Shown piece after piece: positions 1 to 9,055 of a stretch of DNA of 56,198 nucleotides. The DNA is taken from assembly GCA_964569815.1 (NCBI GenBank), contig CAZMUN010000003.1, positions 1 through 56,198 on the forward strand, given 5' to 3'. The notes beneath the pieces were generated by a model, which saw only the letters and a program-made list of their open reading frames with translations, had not been told where the DNA came from and searched no databases. The translations under genes were made by a program, and so were the position numbers. The stretch's first letter is position 1; each line of letters opens with the position of its first letter. Source of the stretch: an uncultured archaeon. Lineage in GTDB: Archaea > Iainarchaeota > Iainarchaeia > Iainarchaeales > GCA-2688035.

Positions 1-2
1 CA

Positions 3-704
3 GGGCCTTTTTCTTCAACCCTTACAGCCTCTTTCCAGAATGTTGCAGACGGCACAAACATTGATTTTGACTGCGGCAACGGCCAGACAGGCGTTGGCAC
101 AGTTGTAAGCAATTTGGCTTCCTTTGCCTGCAATTATGGGCCAGTTGGCTCTTTGACTACTTACACTGCCACTGCTGATGACGGCGCTTCCATTGTTTGC
201 CCCCAAGAAACCGTTGCAAACAACTCTGGCGGGCCAGGCCCTGGCCCGGGCACAGGCTTTTTGAAAATAGTTCAATTAACTGCAGAGCCAGCTTTTTTTG
301 AAAGCTCTGCCCAAAAGCAGTTTTCAAACGTGAAGGTAGCCTTGAAAAATACTGGCACTGCTGCCATCAGCCCTGCCGAGGTAAAGCTTTTTGCAAAGGT
401 TGCTGAAACAAACCAGCCAATCGGTTTAGGGCTTCTTGGAAGCAACCAGGCTCCAATTAATGCAGGCGCCGCCCGTGAGTTTACTTTTTCCAATGTTGAC
501 ATTGTTGCAGCAGGCAATGATTTGGCTTCCGGGAGCTACAAGCTTGTAGCAGAAGCCTATGATTCCGGCACAAAAACAGACTCAAAAAGCGTTTACTTCA
601 CTGTCGGCAGCCAAATCCCTGTTCCTGAAACCCCGCTTTTCCTTGCTGCCCTAATAGCGCTTTCAGTTGTTTTAATAGCCCTCTTTTCCCGCAAGAAAAG
701 CTGA
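3..704 (+). CDS. Secreted CARDB-like surface protein, 5' end cut by the window edge, with a PEF-CTERM-like C-terminal sorting signal
   Basis: The frame stays open from nt 3 to the TGA at 702-704; the track start at 114 is only a TTG. A Pro/Gly linker (GGPGPGPGTG) is followed by a CARDB-like segment (VKVALKNTGTAAISPAEVKLF). The C-terminus PVPETP + LFLAALIALSVVLIALF + SRKKS reads as motif, TM helix and basic tail. Confidence 0.6.
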   Translation, partial: GPFSSTLTASFQNVADGTNIDFDCGNGQTGVGTVVSNLASFACNYGPVGSLTTYTATADDGASIVCPQETVANNSGGPGPGPGTGFLKIVQLTAEPAFFESSAQKQFSNVKVALKNTGTAAISPAEVKLFAKVAETNQPIGLGLLGSNQAPINAGAAREFTFSNVDIVAAGNDLASGSYKLVAEAYDSGTKTDSKSVYFTVGSQIPVPETPLFLAALIALSVVLIALFSRKKS

Positions 705-746
705 AAGGCTAAACTATTTATTTAACCAAACACTATTATTTAGCGA

Positions 747-1271
747 ATGGACTCAACAGAATTCCTGGCATTTCTTGCCATTTTCCTGGTTCTTGCCTCT
801 TTAGGGCTTTGGATACTGTTCTTTCCACCTGAACCTGTTCAAGAGCCCCCTTTACAACCTGAGCCCCCGGAACAGCCTCCGCAGCAGCCCCCTGCCCAGA
901 CCCGGAAACCAATTGATACGCCTTACCAGCCGGAACCAGAGCCTGTTCAAACATGCCCTTCCACTGCCCAGGAAATAGAGGAATGCGAAGCACTGTTTGA
1001 AGAAAGAATGGATAACATTGAATACCTTTTTGAGCTGAACAACCCAATAAGGCCTTTTTCATCTCCCGAATACCAGAAATCCTTATCTGCAGGCAATGCA
1101 AGGCAGGCATACTCTTCATTCATTAAAGAATACAAGTCCTGCAGCCAGAGTGTTTCTTCATCCTATGCAGCCCTTATTCAGGAGCTGAGGGCCATTGACT
1201 CGGAACTGGGCTTCGTGAACTGGAACAACACTGACTTGGAAAAAATCGTCTGCGTTGAGGTGAATGCATGA
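747..1271 (+). CDS. Membrane-anchored proline-rich protein (hypothetical)
   Basis: ATG at 747 lies 23 nt after the TATA-like TATTTATTTA (715-724). N-terminal TM helix (FLAFLAIFLVLASLGLWILFF), then a PPEPVQEPPLQPEPPEQPPQQPP linker and a Cys-containing C-terminal domain. The stop overlaps the next start (ATGA at 1268-1271). Confidence 0.55.
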   Translation: MDSTEFLAFLAIFLVLASLGLWILFFPPEPVQEPPLQPEPPEQPPQQPPAQTRKPIDTPYQPEPEPVQTCPSTAQEIEECEALFEERMDNIEYLFELNNPIRPFSSPEYQKSLSAGNARQAYSSFIKEYKSCSQSVSSSYAALIQELRAIDSELGFVNWNNTDLEKIVCVEVNA

Positions 1272-3463
1272 AAAGCCCCCTTGTTTTGCTTCTGCTAATG
1301 GCTTTTTTGGTTTCGGCAAGCGCTGGCCCAACAGGTGCCGGAAACGAAACATGTGAAGACGGGGAAATAGCCTGGATAAAGGTTGGCCCTGTGACAGACT
1401 CTGACAGCGATGGCGTGCCAGACTGGGCTGAACAGCCAAACGGCAGCACATACAACGATTCTGCTTTTGTGGCAGAAACAGGCCAGCAGTTCGCAATTGT
1501 TACAAAGGTTTCAAACAACGGCTGCCACAATCCAGGAGACTGCCCTGCTGGCTGCCCGCAAGACGTTCCAATAATAGGCTTTGTTTGGCGCCATGGCCTT
1601 GGCTCGCACTGCAATACCTTGCCCTGCCTTTACAAGTGGATTGGAATAGAAGACCATTCAGCAGACCAAGTAAAAGTTTTTTGGGAAAACCCAACAGAAT
1701 ACACTGACACAGGCCTTACAAGCCTTGAAGCCGACATGTTCCAGCCATTCGACCTTAGCTCTGGAGACAGCGCTTTAATGGTTGAATACTGGACAATGCC
1801 TGAAAGGGCCTGTGGCGCCATTGCTCTTCCAACAAACAACCTAGGCTGTGTTGACGACTTTGGATGGTCCGCTGACCGCGATTACGTGAACTGGGCTAGT
1901 GGAGGCAACCAAAAGATTGCATTGGATTACCCAACAAACTGGTTTTCTGTCAACAATACAACAGGACAGCATGTTTTTTATACCACTAACTTTGTGGTGG
2001 AAGACGAGATTGGCAATGAACTGCCTACAGGCGGAGACGGAGAATACGATTTGGTTAACAGCAAAACCTATACCCTTAACTATGAAATCACCAACAACGG
2101 GACGGCAAACCAGGAAACAGACTTCGTTGAAAACATTTACATCGATGTTGCTCCCGGCTTGTGTGAATCGCTTTGGAATAGAATAAGCCAGACTGAAACC
2201 CTGAACCAGGGCCAAACTAGGGCATTTGTGGATAGCTACAACCCGAATGCAGATGACCCTGGGAACGACTGCACTGCTTCAAGCAACGGAGTTTTTTCGT
2301 TTACCTCAACGGCTTCTGGACAAGGCCTTGTTTCTTCCCACTACATGCACTTTGACATACTTGGGCCCTCAATTGACATACAGAGCGTGACCCCGACAGG
2401 CTTTTACTATGAGGCAGCAACCGCCGAAGTCGATGTCCTGGTGCAGGTTGAAAACACTGGCTCTGACGAGTTTCCTGCAGGTTCAGTGCTTGAACTGGTC
2501 TTCACCTCCTTTGATCCAAGTTTTGCCCAAGAATACACCGAGACAAGGGTCTTGGCAACGCCTCTTGCTTCAGGCGAAACCCGTTCAGAAACATTCTCTT
2601 TTGCAATGTCCGAAAACTCTTTTGGGATACACAACGTGGCTTTGGAGATATACGACGGCGGCACCTTGATTGAAAACGGGCCCTCCTTTTTTATCCATCC
2701 TCACATTCTTACCCTTTCGCCTGACGAGGTCACAACAGACATTGGCACAACGGTTACAGCTTCTCTTAACATAAAAAACGACTACTCTGCGCCAAAGCAC
2801 GTTGACATAAGCTCTTCAAGGCCTGGCTGGATTTCATTCGACCGCATTGAAGAGACAATTCCTGCAAGAAGCAATACTTCCACCATGCCTGCCGGCGACC
2901 TAACAGTTTCCGTAACACCGCAATGCCCTGCTTCTGCCACGCAGCCCATTGACATAATTGCATCAGATGAGCTTGAAGACTCTGTCCAGCTGCGTGTAAA
3001 CGTGAACAATCCTGAGGCCTGCAACACCGGCTCTTTGAAAATCTCTTCCTTTGAGTTTCAGCCAAACCCTGTTTCAGGGCCAAGCGTTGTAAGCGCTGTT
3101 GTTGCAGTGGAAAACCAAAGTTCGGGTGGTTTGTTGAGCCATGTTGACTTGTCCCTAAAGGATTTGGTTGGCCAAAACATGTTTTCTGGAAGCTCTGGAG
3201 CAGACGTTTTGATTGCTGCAGGGGCAACCATGGTTTTTTCAATCCCTTTTTCGGTTGACTCTTCCTGGGAAGAGGGAAACTATGAGGGAAAGGCTTCAGC
3301 CCTGCGCCAGGGTGAAACAACCCCTGATTCAGAGGCCATAGAATACCTTTCTGTTGGAAGCCCTTCAAGGCAGCCTGTTCCGGAAATGCCTTTCTTGCTT
3401 GTTTTTGCGGTTGCCTTTGCCGTGCTTGCAGTTGCACTGGCTTCGGGAAAAAAGCTTGCGTAA
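1268..3463 (+). CDS. Large secreted surface protein (731 aa) with Sec signal peptide, CARDB-like beta-sandwich repeats and a PEF-CTERM-like tail
   Basis: Signal peptide MKSPLVLLLLMAFLVSASA. Repeated segments of the type VDVLVQVENTGSDEF and VSAVVAVENQSSGG. The C-terminus PVPEMP + FLLVFAVAFAVLAVALA + SGKKLA mirrors the tail of the first ORF. Confidence 0.7.
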   Translation: MKSPLVLLLLMAFLVSASAGPTGAGNETCEDGEIAWIKVGPVTDSDSDGVPDWAEQPNGSTYNDSAFVAETGQQFAIVTKVSNNGCHNPGDCPAGCPQDVPIIGFVWRHGLGSHCNTLPCLYKWIGIEDHSADQVKVFWENPTEYTDTGLTSLEADMFQPFDLSSGDSALMVEYWTMPERACGAIALPTNNLGCVDDFGWSADRDYVNWASGGNQKIALDYPTNWFSVNNTTGQHVFYTTNFVVEDEIGNELPTGGDGEYDLVNSKTYTLNYEITNNGTANQETDFVENIYIDVAPGLCESLWNRISQTETLNQGQTRAFVDSYNPNADDPGNDCTASSNGVFSFTSTASGQGLVSSHYMHFDILGPSIDIQSVTPTGFYYEAATAEVDVLVQVENTGSDEFPAGSVLELVFTSFDPSFAQEYTETRVLATPLASGETRSETFSFAMSENSFGIHNVALEIYDGGTLIENGPSFFIHPHILTLSPDEVTTDIGTTVTASLNIKNDYSAPKHVDISSSRPGWISFDRIEETIPARSNTSTMPAGDLTVSVTPQCPASATQPIDIIASDELEDSVQLRVNVNNPEACNTGSLKISSFEFQPNPVSGPSVVSAVVAVENQSSGGLLSHVDLSLKDLVGQNMFSGSSGADVLIAAGATMVFSIPFSVDSSWEEGNYEGKASALRQGETTPDSEAIEYLSVGSPSRQPVPEMPFLLVFAVAFAVLAVALASGKKLA

Positions 3464-3550
3464 TAGGCTTTTCCCTAAGCAATGGATTAACTTCTTATTC
3501 TTTTGCCTGCTAAACTTTTTCCTAAAAGGAGGTCTTGTTTTTTGGAGGGA

Positions 3551-4867
3551 ATGCAGTGGTTTTCTTTGGTTATTGCCGTTCTAATGGTTGGCTCAATAGT
3601 TGGCTTCACAGCCTTTTACAATTTTCCTGACCAAGACCAAAACAATGACCCTGGCCCAGGCCCTGAAAAAACTGCTACAGCAATTGATTACACTGCTGAA
3701 AGCGTTGAAGCAAGAGTTGCAGGCATGCTTCCCACCCTAACGATTTGGGGCGAAACAACCGGAACAGATGTCGTGGCAATTGATGGCAGCATCCTTGAGC
3801 TTGAAGACATTACCCGTGTTAGGGGCAAATTCGTTGAAGCCCAGTCTTCGCTTGGAACAGGCTACCTTTATTCAGCTGAAATAGGCTTTTCTTCAGGCTT
3901 GGAAGCGGAAGCTGTTGCAGAAATGGTTGAAGAGCAAACCGTGCTTGAAAACGTTTTGGGTGCAGCCTATGCCTTGGTTGAACTGCCTGAAACCATCAAG
4001 CTCAAAACAGCTGATGAAAGCCTAGGCCTTACTAGGGACTACAACTTTTCTGAGGGCATAACTGAAGCAATTGTAGAGCTTTGGACAAGGGAAGGCGACG
4101 AACTCAAAGTAAGCGTTGATGTTACAATCGTTGGAAACCAGGCTTCAAATATTATGGTTGTGGAAGAGGAAAACCTTTCCGCAAAACCTGTTTACAAAAC
4201 AACTGCATTAGAGGCCCCGATAGAATCCCTTGAACCAGAGCTTCTTTTTTCCGCTTACTTTTCTTACAGCTTGCTTGATTCACTGCAGGGGCTTGAAGCA
4301 GACATTAATGCCCTTGAAGGTTTTTTCGGTTCCGAGGTTTCAATTCCTGGCGTGCTGCCAAAGGTTTCTTTCAGCGGGGACAGCGTTCAAAAACCAGCCT
4401 TTGCAGAACTAGAGTCTTTTTTGAAGGACCTGAATGCCGCGGTTTCCCTGGAAAACGACCCTTTGGGTGGGTACGCTGCCTTTCAGTCAAAAACAAACAG
4501 CTCCAAATTTGACGAATTCGTTTCATTGATTGAATCAAAGTTGTCTGACCTTAACATTGAGGCAGAAGTTTTCAAGGAGTCAGGGCAGCTTTCCGGAACA
4601 GCAGGCCTTGCTTCTGCTGATTCAACCCAGGCAGGCACTGCCTTGAACCAGCTTTTAGGGAAAAAAGGCCTTGAATTTGAGGTCTGGCAGCCTGGCCTTG
4701 TTTCTTTAACCGAAATATCTGACCAGAACACTGTTTACAATGTGGAAGTGCCTGTTTCAGGTTTTTTCAAAACCGGCCACTTTCCCGGAGAACAGGTTTC
4801 TTTGGAAGTCGAATATTCTTTGGTTAGGGGCGGGGTTTCTTCAATTCAGGCCACTGAACAAAACTAG
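3551..4867 (+). CDS. N-terminally anchored extracellular protein (hypothetical)
   Basis: Long ORF. First ATG is at 3551 (MQWFSLVIAVLMVGSIVGFTAF = TM helix). An in-frame TTG at 3542 lies 10 nt after AAGGAGG and is an alternative start; the track start is 3503. The NDPGPGPEK linker resembles those of neighbouring surface proteins. No family recognised. Confidence 0.55.
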   Translation: MQWFSLVIAVLMVGSIVGFTAFYNFPDQDQNNDPGPGPEKTATAIDYTAESVEARVAGMLPTLTIWGETTGTDVVAIDGSILELEDITRVRGKFVEAQSSLGTGYLYSAEIGFSSGLEAEAVAEMVEEQTVLENVLGAAYALVELPETIKLKTADESLGLTRDYNFSEGITEAIVELWTREGDELKVSVDVTIVGNQASNIMVVEEENLSAKPVYKTTALEAPIESLEPELLFSAYFSYSLLDSLQGLEADINALEGFFGSEVSIPGVLPKVSFSGDSVQKPAFAELESFLKDLNAAVSLENDPLGGYAAFQSKTNSSKFDEFVSLIESKLSDLNIEAEVFKESGQLSGTAGLASADSTQAGTALNQLLGKKGLEFEVWQPGLVSLTEISDQNTVYNVEVPVSGFFKTGHFPGEQVSLEVEYSLVRGGVSSIQATEQN

Positions 4868-5205
4868 TTTTCGCCTTTGAGTTCCAAAATCGCGGCAGCT
4901 ATGTCGCCCTCGTTTTTCTTCAAAGCCGCTTCGGCCTTTTTTTCGCCAACGTTTGCCTGCTTCATGACCATTTCAATATCTTCCTTGCTTATTCCTTTTT
5001 CTTCCTCTTTTTCTTCACCCATCACTGTGTAGGTTTTTTTCCCCTGCATTTCTATTACGCTTACGCTTGGCTCTTCTATTACAATCTTTTTGGTTTTTCC
5101 CTCTATTATGACGCGTTCTGCGTCAATTTCCTCGTTTTTTATTCCCATCTGGCGCATCATTCTCTGCATGGCTTTTGGGTCAAGGCCCTTGAGTCCTGGC
5201 ATCAT
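4864..5205 (-). CDS. nac: Nascent polypeptide-associated complex protein (archaeal NAC)
   Basis: 113 aa. NAC barrel segment (VIIEGKTKKIVIEEPSVSVIEMQGKKTYTVMGE) plus a C-terminal UBA-like segment (EDIEMVMKQANVGEKKAEAALKKNEGDIAAAILEL). Confidence 0.9.
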   Translation of the reverse strand: MMPGLKGLDPKAMQRMMRQMGIKNEEIDAERVIIEGKTKKIVIEEPSVSVIEMQGKKTYTVMGEEKEEEKGISKEDIEMVMKQANVGEKKAEAALKKNEGDIAAAILELKGEN

Positions 5206-5282
5206 TTTTCAAAAAACAACTCCTTTTTTCAAGATTTTCTGCTGGAAAAAGCTTTTTAAGCTTGCATTGGATTAATTCTTTT

Positions 5283-5936
5283 ATGAGAAAGGACATAATA
5301 AGCAATTTTGTCCAAATCAAAAAAATGCTTCCGGAAAACTTCAACGTGGAAAAAGAGGGGGCAAGAGTAGCTGCCTTAAAGCACTACTTGTCAAAGGGCG
5401 GCGTTCTTCATGTTTCTCCAAGCGAAAGCGACTGGCCAAAGCTTTTGTATCCTACAAAAAGCCATTTGCGAAAAAAAATAGAGGAACTTCGAGAAATAAA
5501 AGAGCAATACGACCAGAGGCTTGGAAGCTGGAAAAAAAAGTTCAAGGATGCTGAATCATACCATTCTGTCCACAACCTGAAAAAGCTAAAGGAACCGTTG
5601 TTTTGGAAACATGTTGCCAAATGCGCTGTTGACTCGGACTACAGGGCTGACTCCGAAAAAGTAAAGCTTCCAGTGCATCTTGTCGGAGACAGGCGATGGA
5701 AGCCAATGGTAAAAACCTTTTTTACCGACATCGAGTACAGGAAACAGCTTGTTCAAACCATTGGCGAAAGCATTGTTTACAGGAACGACAAGCGTGTCGC
5801 CCAGTATGCTGACTTGCTGCAGGAATTCAGGATGGAGCAAAGCAACCGCAAAATAGATGAATTGAAGCAAAAGGTTGCTGCCCTGGAAGCAGACATAAAC
5901 GCAATGCAAGAGCTTGCCAAATGGACCAGCTTTTAA
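5283..5936 (+). CDS. Hypothetical Lys/Glu-rich protein with C-terminal coiled coil
   Basis: The track ORF begins at TTG 5262. ATG 5283 lies 22 nt after the TATA-like TTTTTAAG (5253-5260), so a leaderless start is preferred. Coiled-coil-like IDELKQKVAALEADINAMQEL. No family recognised. Confidence 0.5.
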   Translation: MRKDIISNFVQIKKMLPENFNVEKEGARVAALKHYLSKGGVLHVSPSESDWPKLLYPTKSHLRKKIEELREIKEQYDQRLGSWKKKFKDAESYHSVHNLKKLKEPLFWKHVAKCAVDSDYRADSEKVKLPVHLVGDRRWKPMVKTFFTDIEYRKQLVQTIGESIVYRNDKRVAQYADLLQEFRMEQSNRKIDELKQKVAALEADINAMQELAKWTSF

Positions 5937-5962
5937 TCACCGGCAACCCGGCTTGCAAGCTC

Positions 5963-5970
5963 TTTTTATA
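5963..5970 (+). promoter_or_regulatory. TATA-box-like element of hel308
   Basis: TTTTTATA ends 22 nt before ATG 5993. The same 22-26 nt TATA-to-ATG spacing recurs at several first genes in the window. Confidence 0.45.
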
Positions 5971-5992
5971 CTTTCTTTAAACAATTGTTTTC

Positions 5993-8095
5993 ATGGATGC
6001 CCAAAAACAGGTCTTGAGGCTTTCAGGCCTTGAAGCCTTTAACCCAATGCAGGCCAAGGCCCTGAAAAAGGGCTTTTTGGAAAAAAGCGCGGTTGTTTCC
6101 TCGCCAACCGCTTCCGGAAAAACCCTTTTGGCTGAAATGGCTTCTTTGGAGTCGGTGGCAAACAGGAAGCAGAAAGTCATTTACACCTGCCCTCTAAGGG
6201 CCTTGGCGGCAGAGCATTTCTCTGAATTCAGGAAAAGGTATTCCAAAAGCCTTAACATTCGCGCTGCCTTAAGCACTGGAGACCTTGACAGCACCAGCAA
6301 GTACCTGCAAAACTATGACGTAATTTTCACGACCTATGAAAAGCTTGACTCCCTTTTAAGGCACAGGGCAGACTGGCTTGCCTCTGTAGGCTTGCTTGTA
6401 ATAGATGAAGTGCACATGCTTTCATCAGACCGGGGGCCAACCATAGAAATGGCTGTAACCAAGCTAAGGAGCCTAAACCAGTCCCTGAAAATTCTTGCCT
6501 TGAGTGCAACAATTCCAAACGCTTCCGAGTTGTCGGAATGGCTGGAAGCAGAGCTGGTTGAAAGCGACTACAGGCCGATTCCGTTAAGAGAGGGAATTTT
6601 TTTCAACGGCGAAGTGGAATATGAAGGCGGAACCCAGGAGAAGCTTGAGTTAAAGGAGCCAATAAAGTCTTTGGCTAAGGACACGCTTTTCAAAAAGGGA
6701 AAGCAGGTCCTTGTTTTTGCCAACACAAGGCGCAGGGCTGCCTCGATTGCTTCAACGCTTTCGGATTTCGTAAGCCAGGGCCTTTCAGAAAAAGAAAAAA
6801 GCCGGCTAAATAAGGCTTCACAACTTGTTTTGAATGCCTTGGAGCAGCCCACTGAACAATGCCGTTCTCTTTCAAACCTTGTTTCAAAGGGCGTTGCCTT
6901 TCACCATGCCGGCCTGCTTTCAAAACAGCGCACAGTTATAGAGGACTTGTTTCGCGACAACAAAATAAAGCTCATTTCTGCAACGCCGACATTGGCTGCA
7001 GGCGTGAATTTGCCAAGCCACACTGTCATAATCCCTTCCCTTTACAGGTACACTTCTGCTGGAATGGCCCGCATTCCTGTTTCCGAATACAAGCAGCAGG
7101 TTGGCCGTGCCGGCCGCCCAAAGTATGACAAAGAGGGCCGCGGCATAGTTGTCGCAAGGTCTGAATCCGAAAGAGAGGAATTAATGGACTTATACCTTAA
7201 AGGCTCTTTGGAGGCAGTTGAATCAAAGCTTGGCTTTGAGCCTGTATTAAGAATGCATATTCTTGCATTGGTTTCATCAGGCTTTGTTTTTGATTTGGAA
7301 AGCCTTGAGCAATTCTTCCAAAAAACCTTTTATGCAAAACAGTTCGGCAACCTGCAAGAGCTTTTTGAAAAGCTTCAGTCCGTGCTTGAACAGCTTGAGG
7401 AAATGGGTTTTTTGGAGGCTGATTCCGAAAAGATTGCCGCCACGCCTTTGGGAAAGCGTGTCTCAGAGCTTTACCTTGACCCGCAGAGCGCTTTTGAAAT
7501 GGTTTCAAGCCTTAAAAAGGCTTCAAAATTCACGCCCTTCTCATACTTTTTCATTTTGTCCAACTGTTCGGAAATGATGCCCTGGCTTTCTGTTTCCAAA
7601 AAAAGGGAGCCTGGATTATGGGAACAGTTGCAGATGAGAAAGCTGGAGATGCCAATCGACCTTGAAAGGGAAATGTTTTTTGACCTGAACCTTTTGAAAA
7701 AATTCAATACGTCCCTAATGTTCGAGCAATGGGTTCGGGAATCCAGGGAGCAGATTTTGATGGACGAATTCAGGACCCAGCCGGGCATTTTGCACGCAAA
7801 GCTAAACATTTGCGACTGGCTGTGCTATTCTTGCCTTGAAATTGCAAAGCTTCTTGGAATGCAAAACCATTTCATGCCCTTGTCAAAGCTCAGGAAAAGA
7901 TTGAAGCACGGGGTCAAAGAAGAGCTCCTGATGCTTACAGAGGTAAGGCATATTGGCAGGGTGAGGGCAAGGCGCTTGTGGAGAAGCAATATAAGGTCAA
8001 TCGCTGAGCTGAAAAAGGCCGATGAAAAGGATCTTGCCAAAATATTGGGCCAGGGGAATGCAAAGCAGGTCAAGTCAGCGCTTGGCCAGGGCTAG
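5993..8095 (+). CDS. hel308: Hel308 / Ski2-like SF2 DNA helicase
   Basis: 700 aa. Helicase motifs SPTASGKT, DEVH, SAT and QQVGRAGR. C-terminal helix-hairpin-helix-like region (IGRVRARRLWRSNIRSIAEL). TATA-like TTTTTATA (5963-5970) lies 22 nt before the ATG. Confidence 0.9.
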   Translation: MDAQKQVLRLSGLEAFNPMQAKALKKGFLEKSAVVSSPTASGKTLLAEMASLESVANRKQKVIYTCPLRALAAEHFSEFRKRYSKSLNIRAALSTGDLDSTSKYLQNYDVIFTTYEKLDSLLRHRADWLASVGLLVIDEVHMLSSDRGPTIEMAVTKLRSLNQSLKILALSATIPNASELSEWLEAELVESDYRPIPLREGIFFNGEVEYEGGTQEKLELKEPIKSLAKDTLFKKGKQVLVFANTRRRAASIASTLSDFVSQGLSEKEKSRLNKASQLVLNALEQPTEQCRSLSNLVSKGVAFHHAGLLSKQRTVIEDLFRDNKIKLISATPTLAAGVNLPSHTVIIPSLYRYTSAGMARIPVSEYKQQVGRAGRPKYDKEGRGIVVARSESEREELMDLYLKGSLEAVESKLGFEPVLRMHILALVSSGFVFDLESLEQFFQKTFYAKQFGNLQELFEKLQSVLEQLEEMGFLEADSEKIAATPLGKRVSELYLDPQSAFEMVSSLKKASKFTPFSYFFILSNCSEMMPWLSVSKKREPGLWEQLQMRKLEMPIDLEREMFFDLNLLKKFNTSLMFEQWVRESREQILMDEFRTQPGILHAKLNICDWLCYSCLEIAKLLGMQNHFMPLSKLRKRLKHGVKEELLMLTEVRHIGRVRARRLWRSNIRSIAELKKADEKDLAKILGQGNAKQVKSALGQG

Positions 8096-9021
8096 CATTG
8101 CATCTCTTTTAAGCTTTTGATTTTTTTTCCCGGCACTGGCTCGAATCCTGAAAAGCCTTTTTTTGCAGGGTATTCTTTCCAGGGGCCTTCGCAGACCAAG
8201 TTATACCTGCACGCAGAACACTTTTTTGATTTTGCTTTGGCTTCCTCTTTTCTAACCCTAGAAAAGTTATGTATAACATTTGCCGGCTCTCTGATTTCTG
8301 TTTCTGGAATAAATGTTTCGCTTACAAACCTTTCATAGCCCTGCATAACGCAGTACGGTGCTGCCTCTATCATAAAAGGCAGCCTGGCCTGCTTTGCAAT
8401 CTCAATCGACTTGTAAACAAAGGGCATGGCCTCTTCATAGCTTGGCACAACTTTTTCAAAATTTTTCCACGCGTTTCCCATGGGGTGCACAAAAGCCAGC
8501 TGGGAATAGTTGACTTTCAACGAAACAAGCAGTCCGGTAAGCTCTGGAAGAAGCCTAAAATTCTGCTTTGTTATAACGCTGTTTGTAACAACGTGTTGTT
8601 CCAATAAAACAAGGTTTTTTATTCCCTGCAGGGTTTGCCCAAAGCTTCCCTGTTTTGTTGTCAAAAAGTCATGTATTCCTGCAGTTGGACCGTGCAGGGA
8701 GGGGCAGAACTCTGTAACGCCTGCCTTCACAAGCCTTTTGCAAACCCCTTTGTCAGAAAATCGCCTTCCGTTTGACTGAACCAAAATTGCCTTGTAGCCA
8801 AGGTCTTTTGCATGCTTTACCAAACCAACAAGCTCTTTTCTAAGCGTGGGCTCTCCGCCTGTGAAAACCACTTCATCGGCCTTGTTTTTTCTTCCTGCTT
8901 CAAGGTCGCGCCTAAGCTCTTTTTCAGACTTGTCTGGAAGAAGCTTCCTTTTCTCGCCAACCGCGCAAAAAAGGCAGCTGTTGTTGCAGCTGTAGCCAAG
9001 TTTCAAATCAAGCCTTTTCAC
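8092..9021 (-). CDS. Radical SAM protein with C-terminal SPASM/twitch-like Cys cluster
   Basis: CNNSCLFC (CxxxCxxC), the GGEPTL motif, and a C-terminal CSACRYNLVCEG. A start at GTG 9021 gives the typical N-terminus (M)KRLDLKLGYSCNNSC. GTG 9051 and the track start 9114 are alternatives, but they run into the promoter of the divergent giant gene. Confidence 0.8.
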   Translation of the reverse strand: MKRLDLKLGYSCNNSCLFCAVGEKRKLLPDKSEKELRRDLEAGRKNKADEVVFTGGEPTLRKELVGLVKHAKDLGYKAILVQSNGRRFSDKGVCKRLVKAGVTEFCPSLHGPTAGIHDFLTTKQGSFGQTLQGIKNLVLLEQHVVTNSVITKQNFRLLPELTGLLVSLKVNYSQLAFVHPMGNAWKNFEKVVPSYEEAMPFVYKSIEIAKQARLPFMIEAAPYCVMQGYERFVSETFIPETEIREPANVIHNFSRVRKEEAKAKSKKCSACRYNLVCEGPWKEYPAKKGFSGFEPVPGKKIKSLKEMQC

Positions 9022-9055
9022 AAAAAATGCGCCCCAAAATGTTTCTTGCACAAAA

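Noticed and set aside
2766-3482. 238-aa minus-strand ORF inside the 731-aa surface protein gene
   Set aside because: It is antisense to a longer ORF that has a signal peptide, domain repeats and a sorting tail. The product is Gln/Lys/Pro-rich with no motifs.
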